A DNA stretch of 23,452 bases from a virus (Duplodnaviria > Heunggongvirae > Uroviricota > Caudoviricetes), in the IMG/VR virus record IMGVR_UViG_2609460346_000013. One strand, written 5' to 3'. Within the stretch, counting starts at the first letter, position 1; every line of letters begins with the position of its first letter. Below, in pieces: positions 1 to 9,000 of the stretch. Below the pieces are notes generated by a model. That model had not been told where the DNA came from and ran no database searches. It saw only the letters and a program-made list of their open reading frames with translations. Made by a program: the position numbers and the translations under genes.

Positions 1-981
1 TTATAACGTCACTCCGCCTTTTAGTGGATTCAGAGCGACGGCATTTTGCAGATAGTCAGGCGCAAGGTGCGCATAGGCCATCGTCTGCTGAATGCTCGCA
101 TGTCCCAGAATCTGTTGCAGTGCGATTATATTGCCCCCATTCATCATGAAATGGCTTGCGAATGTATGCCGCAGGATGTGGGTTGCCTGATTGGGTGGTA
201 TATCAGGTTTCACTCTGCGTAAAATCCCGCAAAATTTCTCATAATCAACTTTGAATAATTTGGCGCTGGCCTCCTCTTTAACTTTTTTCTCCAGTTCCTC
301 AGAAATCGGCACGGTTCGCTTTTTACCGTTTTTGGTTTTCAGGAAGGTAACCCTGCAATTTGTAATCTGTGCTGGTTTTAGCGTGGCAACTTCCGTCCAT
401 CTTCCTCCAGTGCTCAGACATAAAAGCGCGACAAGTAAGTCATCACCAGCCAAAACATTTAACAGTTTTTCGATTTCTGCTTTTTCCAGGAACGTCATTT
501 CAGGGTTGGCTTCCGCCAGTGGCGGCAGTCCGTGAATTGGGTGTTGCCCGGAAAATTCATCCAATTGAATTAATTTTGTGAACATGCCGGATAATCGGTA
601 CATGTCACGGTTTATCGTTGCGGCACTGATACCATCACGTAGTCGCATGGAACGATAATCCATCAAAGCCCTTTTGCTCATCCTGCTCACTGGTATATCA
701 CCTATGCCGCTGATGGTTTTGAGTAGATGATTAAACTCTTTTGTTCCATGCTCGTGGTTTTGCCCGTGATATTTCCACCAGATGTCCAGCAACTCACTCA
801 AAGTCCGGCGGTCTGCTCGCTGGCCTCCCCATTCTTTCTGACTGGCATTGGCGATTGTGTATCGCTCAAATGCTAGTGCTTCAGCTTTTCTTTCGAATTT
901 CCTGCGGATGCGTTTTCCGTCGCGGCCGCGAGGTCTAATGTCCACTTCATAGCGACCATCATCGAGCTTCTTAATTGCCAT
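1..981 (-). CDS. int: Tyrosine integrase, P2 Int-like (326 aa from MAIKKLDDG; an in-frame ATG at 1011 would add 10 aa)
   Basis: Minus-strand ORF with C-terminal tyrosine-recombinase motifs (HILRHTFASHF, LGHASIQQTMAYAH). A GGAGGG Shine-Dalgarno lies 8 nt upstream of the ATG at 981. N-terminus matches the recalled P2 Int start. Stop codon sits at window positions 1-3. Confidence 0.9.
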   Translation of the reverse strand: MAIKKLDDGRYEVDIRPRGRDGKRIRRKFERKAEALAFERYTIANASQKEWGGQRADRRTLSELLDIWWKYHGQNHEHGTKEFNHLLKTISGIGDIPVSRMSKRALMDYRSMRLRDGISAATINRDMYRLSGMFTKLIQLDEFSGQHPIHGLPPLAEANPEMTFLEKAEIEKLLNVLAGDDLLVALLCLSTGGRWTEVATLKPAQITNCRVTFLKTKNGKKRTVPISEELEKKVKEEASAKLFKVDYEKFCGILRRVKPDIPPNQATHILRHTFASHFMMNGGNIIALQQILGHASIQQTMAYAHLAPDYLQNAVALNPLKGGVTL

Positions 982-1050
982 AAGAAAGCCCTCCGGCGCT
1001 GTATTCACCATCTTGGTAGCAAATGGTGAAAATGTAATCTTTATATAGAG

Positions 1051-1344
1051 TTAGCCAATCCTTTTCGCGGAGTGGTTGGACTCTGTTGACTCTGGCCCAA
1101 TGTGCGCGAGAGCCGGTGCGATTTGTCCTGCGTCCGGCGCGGTTTTATCTGTCATAAGCCATAGAGCATATTTTTGGAATGTGGGATGCATAGTGATTTT
1201 TAGCAAAGCTGTGCCACCAGGTTCAAAGTTTCCTCCTTCATATTTTTTAAGTGTGCTTAGTGGTAAGTCTATGATTTCACAGAATTTTGATTGGCTTAGC
1301 CCTTCAGCCTCACGCAAGGCCTTAATCTTTTCGCTTAATTTCAT
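1051..1344 (-). CDS. C: Immunity repressor, P2 C-like (97 aa)
   Basis: Small minus-strand ORF between int and a divergently transcribed cox, as in P2. Contains a helix-turn-helix-like segment (LSQSKFCEIIDLPLSTLKKYE) and a C-terminal segment (QIAPALAH) resembling recalled P2 C. Confidence 0.7.
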   Translation of the reverse strand: MKLSEKIKALREAEGLSQSKFCEIIDLPLSTLKKYEGGNFEPGGTALLKITMHPTFQKYALWLMTDKTAPDAGQIAPALAHIGPESTESNHSAKRIG

Positions 1345-1355
1345 TTGACATGGTG

Positions 1356-1403
1356 CCTATATAGGGACTAAATTCCCTCAAAACTGGAACCTATATAGGT
1401 TCC
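1356..1403. promoter_or_regulatory. Putative immunity-switch operator region: two copies of the palindrome CCTATATAGG (1356..1365 and 1390..1399), the second inside a perfect 18-bp palindrome GGAACCTATATAGGTTCC (1386..1403)
   Basis: Read directly from the sequence. Located in the 121-bp gap between divergent C and cox, where P2-like phages carry face-to-face Pc/Pe promoters and repressor operators. Confidence 0.5.
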
Positions 1404-1465
1404 ATTGATTTGAGAATAAACCAGCGTCTAAACGGTTTTGAGTGGTTTAGAAAGGGCTGGATCCT

Positions 1466-1753
1466 ATGAGGGTACCATATATGGACGCTGAAAATTATGT
1501 GATTCAGTATCCGCTGGACGCGGTTCATGTGGATAAATTTGCTGATTTATTAGGGAAGCCAAAGACAGCCGTCAGTGAAATGGTGAAGGCAAATAAATTA
1601 CCAATTATTGAATTACGTGATCCTTGCAAACCGAAGGCTCGTGCCGGTGAAAAATGGGTTTTCATTCCTGAGTTTAATCGCGCTGTACGTGAGGCGTTTT
1701 ATAACCGACCGGTTGAACAGCGTGATGCATGGCTTTTGTGGATGGGGTTGTGA
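1466..1753 (+). CDS. cox: Cox-like excisionase / early transcriptional regulator (95 aa; start could be the internal Met at 1481)
   Basis: First gene of the rightward early operon, divergent from C. Size and position match P2 Cox. Weak AAAGGG ribosome-binding site upstream. Confidence 0.65.
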   Translation: MRVPYMDAENYVIQYPLDAVHVDKFADLLGKPKTAVSEMVKANKLPIIELRDPCKPKARAGEKWVFIPEFNRAVREAFYNRPVEQRDAWLLWMGL

Positions 1754-1755
1754 TT

Positions 1756-1926
1756 ATGAATGAGCCGCGTTGTATTGCTCAGTTATTGCGTAACGAAAGC
1801 CCCAGGGTGATTGACTTCACCATCACCCACGGGAAGGGACGCAAGGGAATCATTATCCGCACCAAAAAACAGAGTCCGTTAAAGAAGGCTCTGACCTTTC
1901 TGAAAAGCCGGAGGGTCTGGAAATGA
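1756..1926 (+). CDS. Small early-operon hypothetical protein (56 aa from MNEPRC)
   Basis: Its stop overlaps the B start in an ATGA junction (1923..1926), suggesting translational coupling. Basic, lysine/arginine-rich. No recognised domain. Confidence 0.45.
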   Translation: MNEPRCIAQLLRNESPRVIDFTITHGKGRKGIIIRTKKQSPLKKALTFLKSRRVWK

Positions 1927-2423
1927 CAGTGATGACGCTTAATCTCGTTGAAAAACAGCCAGCAGCTATGCGCCGGATAATTGGTAAGCATCTGGCCGTC
2001 CCTCGCTGGCAGGATACATGTGATTATTATAATCAGATGATGGAACGCGAACGGCTAACAGTTTGCTTTCATGCGCAGTTAAAACAACGTCATGCAACGA
2101 TGCGTTTTGAAGAAATGAACGACGTCGAACGTGAACGGCTGGTTTGTGCAATTGATGAATTGCGTGGGGCATTCTCAAAACGCCGTCAGGTTGGCGCAAG
2201 TGAGTATGCATATATTAGTTTTTTAACAGTCAGTCAGCGTCGTACTTTATTTATGCATGCCGGATTGACTGAAAAAGAATTCAACCAGCCATACTGGCGA
2301 ATTAATGAAGAGTCATGTTACTGGCGTGATGCTTTATTCCGTGCATTACGTGAATTATTCAGCCTGTTTGAGTATGCACCGACAATTCTGACGTCGGTAA
2401 AACCAGAGCAATATCTGCATTAA
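1923..2423 (+). CDS. B: Replication protein B-like (166 aa)
   Basis: GGAGGG ribosome-binding site about 10 nt upstream. Length identical to recalled P2 gpB and position between cox and A is as in P2. Confidence 0.75.
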   Translation: MTVMTLNLVEKQPAAMRRIIGKHLAVPRWQDTCDYYNQMMERERLTVCFHAQLKQRHATMRFEEMNDVERERLVCAIDELRGAFSKRRQVGASEYAYISFLTVSQRRTLFMHAGLTEKEFNQPYWRINEESCYWRDALFRALRELFSLFEYAPTILTSVKPEQYLH

Positions 2424-2486
2424 ATAATTAACCAGAGTTTTAAACGCACTTAATCGTGCGGGGCTTCTTTTTGCCTGGAGAAAGTC

Positions 2487-2711
2487 ATGCATACAGTTTC
2501 TGAAAATCAGTGCGGTAAATACGCATTACTGCTGCAACAGGCCAGAACCGAAGCACAGGCTGACGCTGCGACGCGCTTTTCTTCTCATCTTGACGCCATG
2601 ATTCGCCATATCACAAAGGCGGAGTTATCCCGCGTGGAGATAGTCGAGCTACTCAGTCAGGAGTCGGAAAAATTTCACAATATCGGATTGTCTCGCGGGG
2701 AGGTGCTTTGA
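2487..2711 (+). CDS. Hypothetical early protein (74 aa)
   Basis: GGAGA ribosome-binding site upstream. Stop overlaps the next start (TGATG). Position corresponds to the small ORFs between B and A in P2. Confidence 0.55.
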   Translation: MHTVSENQCGKYALLLQQARTEAQADAATRFSSHLDAMIRHITKAELSRVEIVELLSQESEKFHNIGLSRGEVL

Positions 2712-3010
2712 TGTCCTGTTCTCATTCAGTTGTATTACTGAATAACGCCTTAAAAATCGCCGTTATGAAAAATGGCGATTTGTCTCTTATCCAACTTTGT
2801 CTTGATAAAGAAAAACGCGACATCACTGAATCTGTTATCGCGATTTATCAGAGCGAATTAAACCTCCTGTCTGATGTGATCAATTTACTTGTGAAACGCG
2901 CTGTATTCCACAAGCAAATTTCCTCAGTGGATGAACTGACAAAATTAACGACAGAACTCGCCAGTTATTGCGCTGATGTATCCAGGAAACTTAACGATAA
3001 AAGGAGCTGA
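2711..3010 (+). CDS. Hypothetical early protein (99 aa)
   Basis: ATG at 2711 overlaps the preceding stop, continuing the coupled early operon. Confidence 0.55.
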   Translation: MSCSHSVVLLNNALKIAVMKNGDLSLIQLCLDKEKRDITESVIAIYQSELNLLSDVINLLVKRAVFHKQISSVDELTKLTTELASYCADVSRKLNDKRS

Positions 3011-3012
3011 TA

Positions 3013-3237
3013 ATGCCGGACAACGTAGATTTTATTCAGGAACAACAGGCTGAATTACTGGAGCGCCAGATTAACGCGGCAAGGGTAAAACATTGCGGTG
3101 TTTCTTCGCTGGTTTGCGAAGAGTGTGACGCTCCAATACCTGCTGCCCGTCGTGCGGCTTATCCGTCAGCCACGCGTTGTGTTTCCTGTCAGTCAGTCTT
3201 TGAAGCAAAAAACAAACATTACCGGAGAACGGCATGA
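3013..3237 (+). CDS. DksA/TraR-type C4 zinc-finger protein (74 aa)
   Basis: Perfect AAGGAG ribosome-binding site. CxxC-x17-CxxC motif (CEECDAPIP...CVSCQ) typical of TraR/DksA-family phage proteins. Confidence 0.7.
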   Translation: MPDNVDFIQEQQAELLERQINAARVKHCGVSSLVCEECDAPIPAARRAAYPSATRCVSCQSVFEAKNKHYRRTA

Positions 3238-3509
3238 GTATTCGTATTGAAATTGGCGAACGTTATGTCGTTACCAGTGACAGCTTTCAGTTTATTCTCC
3301 ACGAGAAAAAGAGAGCGGAAAGCGGTAAAAACGCCGGTCAGGAATGGCTGGCGGTGGTTGGTTATTACCCGAAATTAAGCCAGCTCGTTTCCGGCCTGAT
3401 GCATCACGATATTCTGACCGGAAGCGCAAAGTCTTTTGCTGATTTAAACGGGCAGGTTGAGCAACTCAGCAAGCGTTGTTCAGAGGCTTTTGGCTCATAT
3501 GGCCGTTAA
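3234..3509 (+). CDS. Hypothetical early protein (91 aa)
   Basis: ATGA overlap with the preceding gene. Its 3' end overlaps the A start by 11 nt. Confidence 0.55.
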   Translation: MSIRIEIGERYVVTSDSFQFILHEKKRAESGKNAGQEWLAVVGYYPKLSQLVSGLMHHDILTGSAKSFADLNGQVEQLSKRCSEAFGSYGR

Positions 3510-5778
3510 AGCCTCCGGGCGTTTTGTCCCTCCGTCAGCATTTGCCGCAGGCACCGGTAAGACGTTTACCGGTGCTTATGCATGGAACGCGCCACGCGAG
3601 GCCGTCGGGCGCGAAAGACCCCTTACACGTGACGAGATGCGTCAGGTGCAAGGTGTTTTATCCACGATTAACCGCCTGCCTTACTTTTTGCGTTCGCTGT
3701 TTACTTCACGCTATGACTACATCCGGCGCAATAAAAGCCCGGTGCACGGGTTTTATTTCCTCACATCCACTTTTCAGCGTCGTTTATGGCCGCGCATTGA
3801 GCGCGTGAATCAGCGCCATGAAATGAACACCGACGCGTCGTTACTGTTTCTGGCAGAGCGTGACCACTATGCGCGCCTGCCGGGAATGAATGACAAGGAG
3901 CTGAAAAAATTTGCCGCCCGTATCTCATCGCAGCTTTTCATGATGTATGAGGAACTCTGCGATGCCTGGGTGGATGCCCATGGCGAAAAAGAATCGCTGT
4001 TTACGGATGAGGCGCAGGCTCACCTGTATGGTCATGTTGCTGGCGCTGCACGTGCTTTCAATATTTCCCCGCTCTACTGGAAAAAATACCGTAAAGGACA
4101 GATGACCACGAGGCAGGCATATTCTGCCATTGCCCGCCTGTTTAACGATGAGTGGTGGACTCATCAGCTTAAAGGCCAGCGTATGCGCTGGCATGAGGCG
4201 TTACTGATTGCTGTCGGGGAGGTCAATAAAGACCGTTCTCCTTATGCCAGTAAACATGCCATTCGTGATGTGCGTGCACGCCGCCAGGCAAATCTGGAAT
4301 TTCTTAAATCGTGTGACCTTGAAAACAGGGAAACCGGCGAGCGCATCGACCTTATCAGTAAGGTGATGGGCAGTATTTCTAATCCTGAAATTCGCCGGAT
4401 GGAGCTGATGAACACCATTGCCGGTATTGAGCGTTACGCCGCAGCAGAGGGTGATGTGGGGATGTTTATCACGCTGACCGCGCCGTCAAAGTATCACCCG
4501 ACACGTCAGGTCGGAAAAGGCGAAAGTAAAACCGTCCAGCTAAATCACGGCTGGAACGATGAGGCATTTAATCCAAAGGATGCGCAGCGTTATCTCTGCC
4601 ATATCTGGAGCCTGATGCGCACGGCATTCAAGGATAATGATTTACAGGTCTACGGTTTGCGTGTCGTCGAGCCACACCACGACGGAACGCCGCACTGGCA
4701 TATGATGCTTTTTTGTAATCCACGCCAGCGTAACCAGATTATTGAAATCATGCGTCGCTATGCGCTCAAAGAGGATGGCGACGAAAGAGGAGCCGCGCGA
4801 AACCGTTTTCAGGCAAAACACCTTAACCGGGGCGGTGCTGCGGGATATATCGCGAAATACATCTCAAAAAACATCGACGGCTATGCACTGGATGGTCAGC
4901 TCGATAATGATACCGGTAGGCCGCTGAAAGACACAGCTGCGGCTGTTACCGCATGGGCGTCAACGTGGCGCATTCCGCAATTTAAAACGGTTGGTCTGCC
5001 GACAATGGGGGCTTACCGTGAACTACGCAAATTGCCTCGCGGCGTCAGCATTGCTGATGAGTTTGACGAGCGCGTCGAGGCTGCACGCGCCGCTGCAGAC
5101 AGTGGTGATTTTGCGTTGTATATCAGCGCGCAGGGCGGGGCAAATGTCCCGCGCGATTGTCAGACTGTCAGGGTCGCCCGTAGCCCGTCGGATGACGTTA
5201 ACGAGTACGAGGAAGAAGTCGAGAGAGTGGTCGGCATTTACGCGCCGCATCTCGGCGCGCGTCATATTCATATCACCAGAACGACGGACTGGCGCATTGT
5301 TCCGAAAGTGCCGGTCGTTGAGCCTTTGACTTTAAAAAGCGGCATCGCCGCGCCTCGGAGTCCTGTCAATAACTGTGGAAAGCTCACCGGTGGTGATACT
5401 TCGTTACCGGCTCCCACACCTTCTGAGCACGCCGCAGCAGTGCTTAATCTGGTTGATGACGGTGTTATTGAATGGAATGACCAGGAGGTCGTGAGGGCGC
5501 TCAGGGGCGCATTAAAACGAGGTCTGAGAAGACCAAACCGTCAGCAAAGAAACGGAAGCCCGTTAAAACAGCATGAAATGGCACCATCGGCCAGACTGAC
5601 CCGGTCAGAACGAATGCAAATTACCCGTATCCGCGTTGACCTTGCTCAGAACGGTATCAGGCCGCAGCGATGGGAGCTTGAGGCGCTGGCGCGTGGAGCA
5701 ATTGTAAATTACGACGGGAAAAAATTCACGTATCCAGTCGCTGATGAGTGGCGGGGATTCTCAGCAGTAATGGAGTGA
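3499..5778 (+). CDS. A: Replication initiation endonuclease A (rolling-circle initiator; 759 aa from MAVKASGRF)
   Basis: Large ORF with an HUH-type metal-binding motif (PHWHMMLF). N-terminus matches recalled P2 gpA. The longer ORF from 3457 is an upstream extension. Confidence 0.9.
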   Translation: MAVKASGRFVPPSAFAAGTGKTFTGAYAWNAPREAVGRERPLTRDEMRQVQGVLSTINRLPYFLRSLFTSRYDYIRRNKSPVHGFYFLTSTFQRRLWPRIERVNQRHEMNTDASLLFLAERDHYARLPGMNDKELKKFAARISSQLFMMYEELCDAWVDAHGEKESLFTDEAQAHLYGHVAGAARAFNISPLYWKKYRKGQMTTRQAYSAIARLFNDEWWTHQLKGQRMRWHEALLIAVGEVNKDRSPYASKHAIRDVRARRQANLEFLKSCDLENRETGERIDLISKVMGSISNPEIRRMELMNTIAGIERYAAAEGDVGMFITLTAPSKYHPTRQVGKGESKTVQLNHGWNDEAFNPKDAQRYLCHIWSLMRTAFKDNDLQVYGLRVVEPHHDGTPHWHMMLFCNPRQRNQIIEIMRRYALKEDGDERGAARNRFQAKHLNRGGAAGYIAKYISKNIDGYALDGQLDNDTGRPLKDTAAAVTAWASTWRIPQFKTVGLPTMGAYRELRKLPRGVSIADEFDERVEAARAAADSGDFALYISAQGGANVPRDCQTVRVARSPSDDVNEYEEEVERVVGIYAPHLGARHIHITRTTDWRIVPKVPVVEPLTLKSGIAAPRSPVNNCGKLTGGDTSLPAPTPSEHAAAVLNLVDDGVIEWNDQEVVRALRGALKRGLRRPNRQQRNGSPLKQHEMAPSARLTRSERMQITRIRVDLAQNGIRPQRWELEALARGAIVNYDGKKFTYPVADEWRGFSAVME

Positions 5779-6107
5779 ACGTCGCCAGTTGCGAAAATTA
5801 TTTACAGGGGGCAGCGTTAAGCATCTAAAGATCTTGTTCTATGATTAGAATGTTTCCTCGTTGCACTCTCGTATAGTTATTTAATGGGAAGATGTACTCT
5901 ATATGTTGTGTTTTGGTGATAAATGAAGCCAAAGGAAGGAGATTTTGCTTGATTGATGGGCGCTCTTTGCTATACACCTTGTATTGAGAAGGAGAAGTAA
6001 TCAAGGATTAAGCTGGCTTTTGTCAAAAATCTGAAAAGCTTTTTTGACTGAATACGATAGCGAGTTGTACTATTTGCGCCCTCAAAAGTAACCGGCGGCT
6101 GGGTAAA

Positions 6108-6482
6108 ATGGGGAAGCAAGGCAAAGGCAAAGGCAACAAAAATCAGGTTAAGGTTACGTGGGCTCAGGCGTGGCGGGATGTAATGATAAGAGCCATGTCT
6201 AATGGTCAGTTGATACCTATTACCATCAGTATTATTTTAATGATTGCTGCATGGAGGTTACCAAAAACAGACTTGTCCAATTTAGCCTTCTCTATTGTTG
6301 ATGGCTTTAAGGAGCATTCCTTGGTTGGTTGGGCTATCTCGGTAATAGTGGGTTTGGCTTGGTCTGCACATGCGCGAATCATGAGGCGCTGTTTTAGTTC
6401 CGAGGCACAGAGAATCGGTAACGAGAAAACAAAGTATCAACAAAGACAGACCACTCAAGCCTTGGGTACAAGTGATAAATAG
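6108..6482 (+). CDS. Small membrane protein with two predicted transmembrane helices (124 aa; start uncertain)
   Basis: Hydrophobic segments LIPITISIILMIAAW and LVGWAISVIVGLAW. Lies in the cargo island between A and cos. No recognised domain. Confidence 0.5.
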   Translation: MGKQGKGKGNKNQVKVTWAQAWRDVMIRAMSNGQLIPITISIILMIAAWRLPKTDLSNLAFSIVDGFKEHSLVGWAISVIVGLAWSAHARIMRRCFSSEAQRIGNEKTKYQQRQTTQALGTSDK

Positions 6483-6502
6483 TTGTTTATTTAGGAGTTA
6501 TT

Positions 6503-7060
6503 ATGCTGACAGTGCTGTTTTATGTGCTGTTGGGTTTAGGCGCAGCACACTTCATTTACGAGCGAATCATTTTGCCGTCCATCCGACTTCATTATAGAAA
6601 CCAATTGTTTGCGCTTCGTGATGTCGCTAGGAGGAAAATCATTGATGGAGGTTCCGATACTTCCATGCAAGCGGCAACACTTGTGCATGACTCATTGAAT
6701 AACGCTATCAATAGATTGCATTTACTCACGTTGCCAAACAAATTTCGTGCTCAAAAGCGTATGGCAGAAAACCATGCAATAAGGCAGAAAATTCGGCGTG
6801 AGATAGATGTTTTCAAACGCTGTGATGATAGAGAAGTTGTTGATGTACTGTTTAAATCCGGTCGGATACTTGAAAATGTACTGTTATTCAATAGCTTAAT
6901 GTTATTGCTTTACATGTTTCCATTTGTCCTTGCTGTATGGTTCTGTGTTAGGGTCATAAAGACAGCAAGTAGTTTAGTACAGTGGGTCAAAGGAAGAGAT
7001 TTAGAGGAAGCTATAATGCTGCTTCCTGATACTCAGGTTGAAAAGGTTGTATACGCATAA
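6503..7060 (+). CDS. Membrane protein with N- and C-terminal transmembrane helices (185 aa)
   Basis: AGGAG ribosome-binding site 6 nt upstream. Hydrophobic N-terminus (LTVLFYVLLGLGAAHFIY) and C-terminal helix (LLLYMFPFVLAVWFCVRVI). Followed directly by an intrinsic terminator. Confidence 0.6.
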   Translation: MLTVLFYVLLGLGAAHFIYERIILPSIRLHYRNQLFALRDVARRKIIDGGSDTSMQAATLVHDSLNNAINRLHLLTLPNKFRAQKRMAENHAIRQKIRREIDVFKRCDDREVVDVLFKSGRILENVLLFNSLMLLLYMFPFVLAVWFCVRVIKTASSLVQWVKGRDLEEAIMLLPDTQVEKVVYA

Positions 7061-7062
7061 AA

Positions 7063-7088
7063 ATCACCCCTTAGGGGGTGATTTTTTT
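7063..7088 (+). terminator. Rho-independent terminator
   Basis: 7-bp GC-rich stem (TCACCCC/GGGGTGA) with a TTAG loop, followed by a run of seven T. Confidence 0.8.
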
Positions 7089-7299
7089 ACATGACTTTTG
7101 ATTAGCTGACATTGTAAATCCGCATGTATCAGATGCATTGTTTTGCATGTGGAAATGGGTGTTTTCACTGCCAGCTATCGCTACATGTAGCAAAAACACG
7201 GGCTTAATAAGAAATCATTCTGCCATAAGGCATAACTTCCCCGCGTGCTCAGGTATTGACGTCATAGATATGGATCTTTTTTAATCAAGGTATGGTATT

Positions 7300-8247
7300 A
7301 TGAAGATATTTATTAGTTGGTCAGGTCAGGACAGCCTGGAGATAGCAAAAGTATTACGGGATTGGATACCGAATGTTATTCAAGTAGCTGAGCCGTACGT
7401 ATCAGCGGAAGATATTGATAAAGGCACTCGCTGGGCGACTGATATATCAAAGGAACTTGATGACTCTTCTTATGGGATTATTTGCCTTACAAAAAATAAT
7501 ATTAATGCACCGTGGATAAATTTTGAGGCGGGGGCTTTAGGTAAAAAGGTTGATAAGAGCCGGGTTAGTCCTTTCTTGTTTAAAATTAAACCATCTGAGA
7601 TAACAGGCCCAATATTACAATTCCAGTATACTCGTTCGGATGATAAGAACGATATTTTGAAGTTGATGTTGTCAATAAATAATCAAGCAGGATTTTTGAC
7701 TGAAGAACGCTTAACTAAAGCTTTCGAGCAATGGTGGCCAAGTTTAGAGCGTGAGTTAGATAACATTCAAGATATTAACCCTGTAGATAAAGATTCCACT
7801 AAAAAAACAAAAGGTGATTCGACTTCTGAGATACAAAATCTTTCCAAAATTGTTGAAAGTTTGCTGGATATTAGCCGAACAAATCACCAATTATTGCGTG
7901 ATCCAGCATCATTATTGCCAGAAGAATATGTTAGCAAAATAATAAACAGGGAAGGGCGTAAAGAAACTGTTTTAAAAATTGTAGCTTCTGATTTATTATC
8001 CATGCATCATTCACTAATTCGTGTAAAAAGAAGATTTATTCGTCGTGGTATTGATGAAACATCTAGGAGCGAGTTAATTGAATCATTAAATAAAATGATA
8101 ATGGATTGTTCTAGAGTAATCGCTCACTTAGATAATTATTGTGGGGCTTCATCAAACAATATGTTCAATAGTGCGCTTAGATTGCGGACCAGAAATTTAA
8201 TTGACATGATGGATGAGGAGGATGCAGAACGGGATGAAATGGAATAA
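7300..8247 (+). CDS. TIR-like domain protein with an uncharacterised C-terminal helical domain (315 aa)
   Basis: N-terminus MKIFISWSGQDS matches the TIR first-strand signature. Downstream ICLTKNNINAPWINFEAGAL fits the TIR W-x-x-E block that carries the catalytic glutamate. About 170 C-terminal residues have no recognised motif. Visibly AT-rich. Confidence 0.7.
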   Translation: MKIFISWSGQDSLEIAKVLRDWIPNVIQVAEPYVSAEDIDKGTRWATDISKELDDSSYGIICLTKNNINAPWINFEAGALGKKVDKSRVSPFLFKIKPSEITGPILQFQYTRSDDKNDILKLMLSINNQAGFLTEERLTKAFEQWWPSLERELDNIQDINPVDKDSTKKTKGDSTSEIQNLSKIVESLLDISRTNHQLLRDPASLLPEEYVSKIINREGRKETVLKIVASDLLSMHHSLIRVKRRFIRRGIDETSRSELIESLNKMIMDCSRVIAHLDNYCGASSNNMFNSALRLRTRNLIDMMDEEDAERDEME

Positions 8248-8791
8248 TCAATTTTGACTAATCATAAATAATTTTGCATATATAAACTTATAATGCCGCA
8301 GCCGCTATTTTTCAGCGGCTGTATATCGCTTATAATGGGTATGTTATTTTTATTTTGATAAAATCATTAAAATTGTCGATGTTATATGAATGCACATGTA
8401 TTATTAATGTTAGAAGATTATGCCTGCTTACGGCTATTGTGCTGAATTCAACTATGAACGCATCAGTATTAAAATCGTTCCATGAAATGTTCTTCGTCTA
8501 CAGCAGATGATGGGCAACGAAAAAATGACGCTGAGTGAGTTGGTCGGGGAGAATTGTTAGAGGTATTTATGGAGTGGTTTAATAATATCGGTCAATCCTG
8601 AGTTGCAGCATCACATAGACGATAGGGAATCTCTCCAGTCGTTCTGGAATGGCAGCGTTGAACAACAAGCACAGCGAGGCGTTAGATGCCCATCAGATTG
8701 ACACAGAGGGTTTATGAATCGCTGGGATTTACTTAGTTTGAAAAATAATATATTTATATGTTTTTGTATTGTGTTTGTTAAGGAGTTTGGA

Positions 8792-8998
8792 TTGAAAAGA
8801 AAACTGATTTGTGTTATGGCTTTTTGGGGGGCGTTGCTGGCTGGTTGTAATGAGAGTAATAAAAAAGAAGTTGAGGGTTGTATTGAAAGAGGTGTCCAAT
8901 ATTTTATAGAGATTGGTTCTTACCCTAAATTAAGTGATGGGCGTGATGCTGTAAAAGTTGCTACTGAACGTTGTAATAGAACAATAACGGCTTTCTGA
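8792..8998 (+). CDS. Small lipoprotein (about 68 aa from a TTG start; the ORF track's longer frame starts at 8714)
   Basis: AGGAG at 8781..8785 sits 6 nt before the TTG at 8792. Signal peptide with lipobox (KRKLICVMAFWGALLAGC). Stop is 2 nt before the next ATG. Confidence 0.5.
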   Translation: MKRKLICVMAFWGALLAGCNESNKKEVEGCIERGVQYFIEIGSYPKLSDGRDAVKVATERCNRTITAF

Positions 8999-9000
8999 TA

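Noticed and set aside
3925-4194. Minus-strand 89-aa ORF inside replication gene A (also 5023..5271 minus, and the 3476..3808, 4742..4927 and 4991..5329 alternate plus frames)
   Set aside because: All lie wholly within the well-supported 759-aa A reading frame with no ribosome-binding site and no recognisable features. These are typical shadow ORFs.
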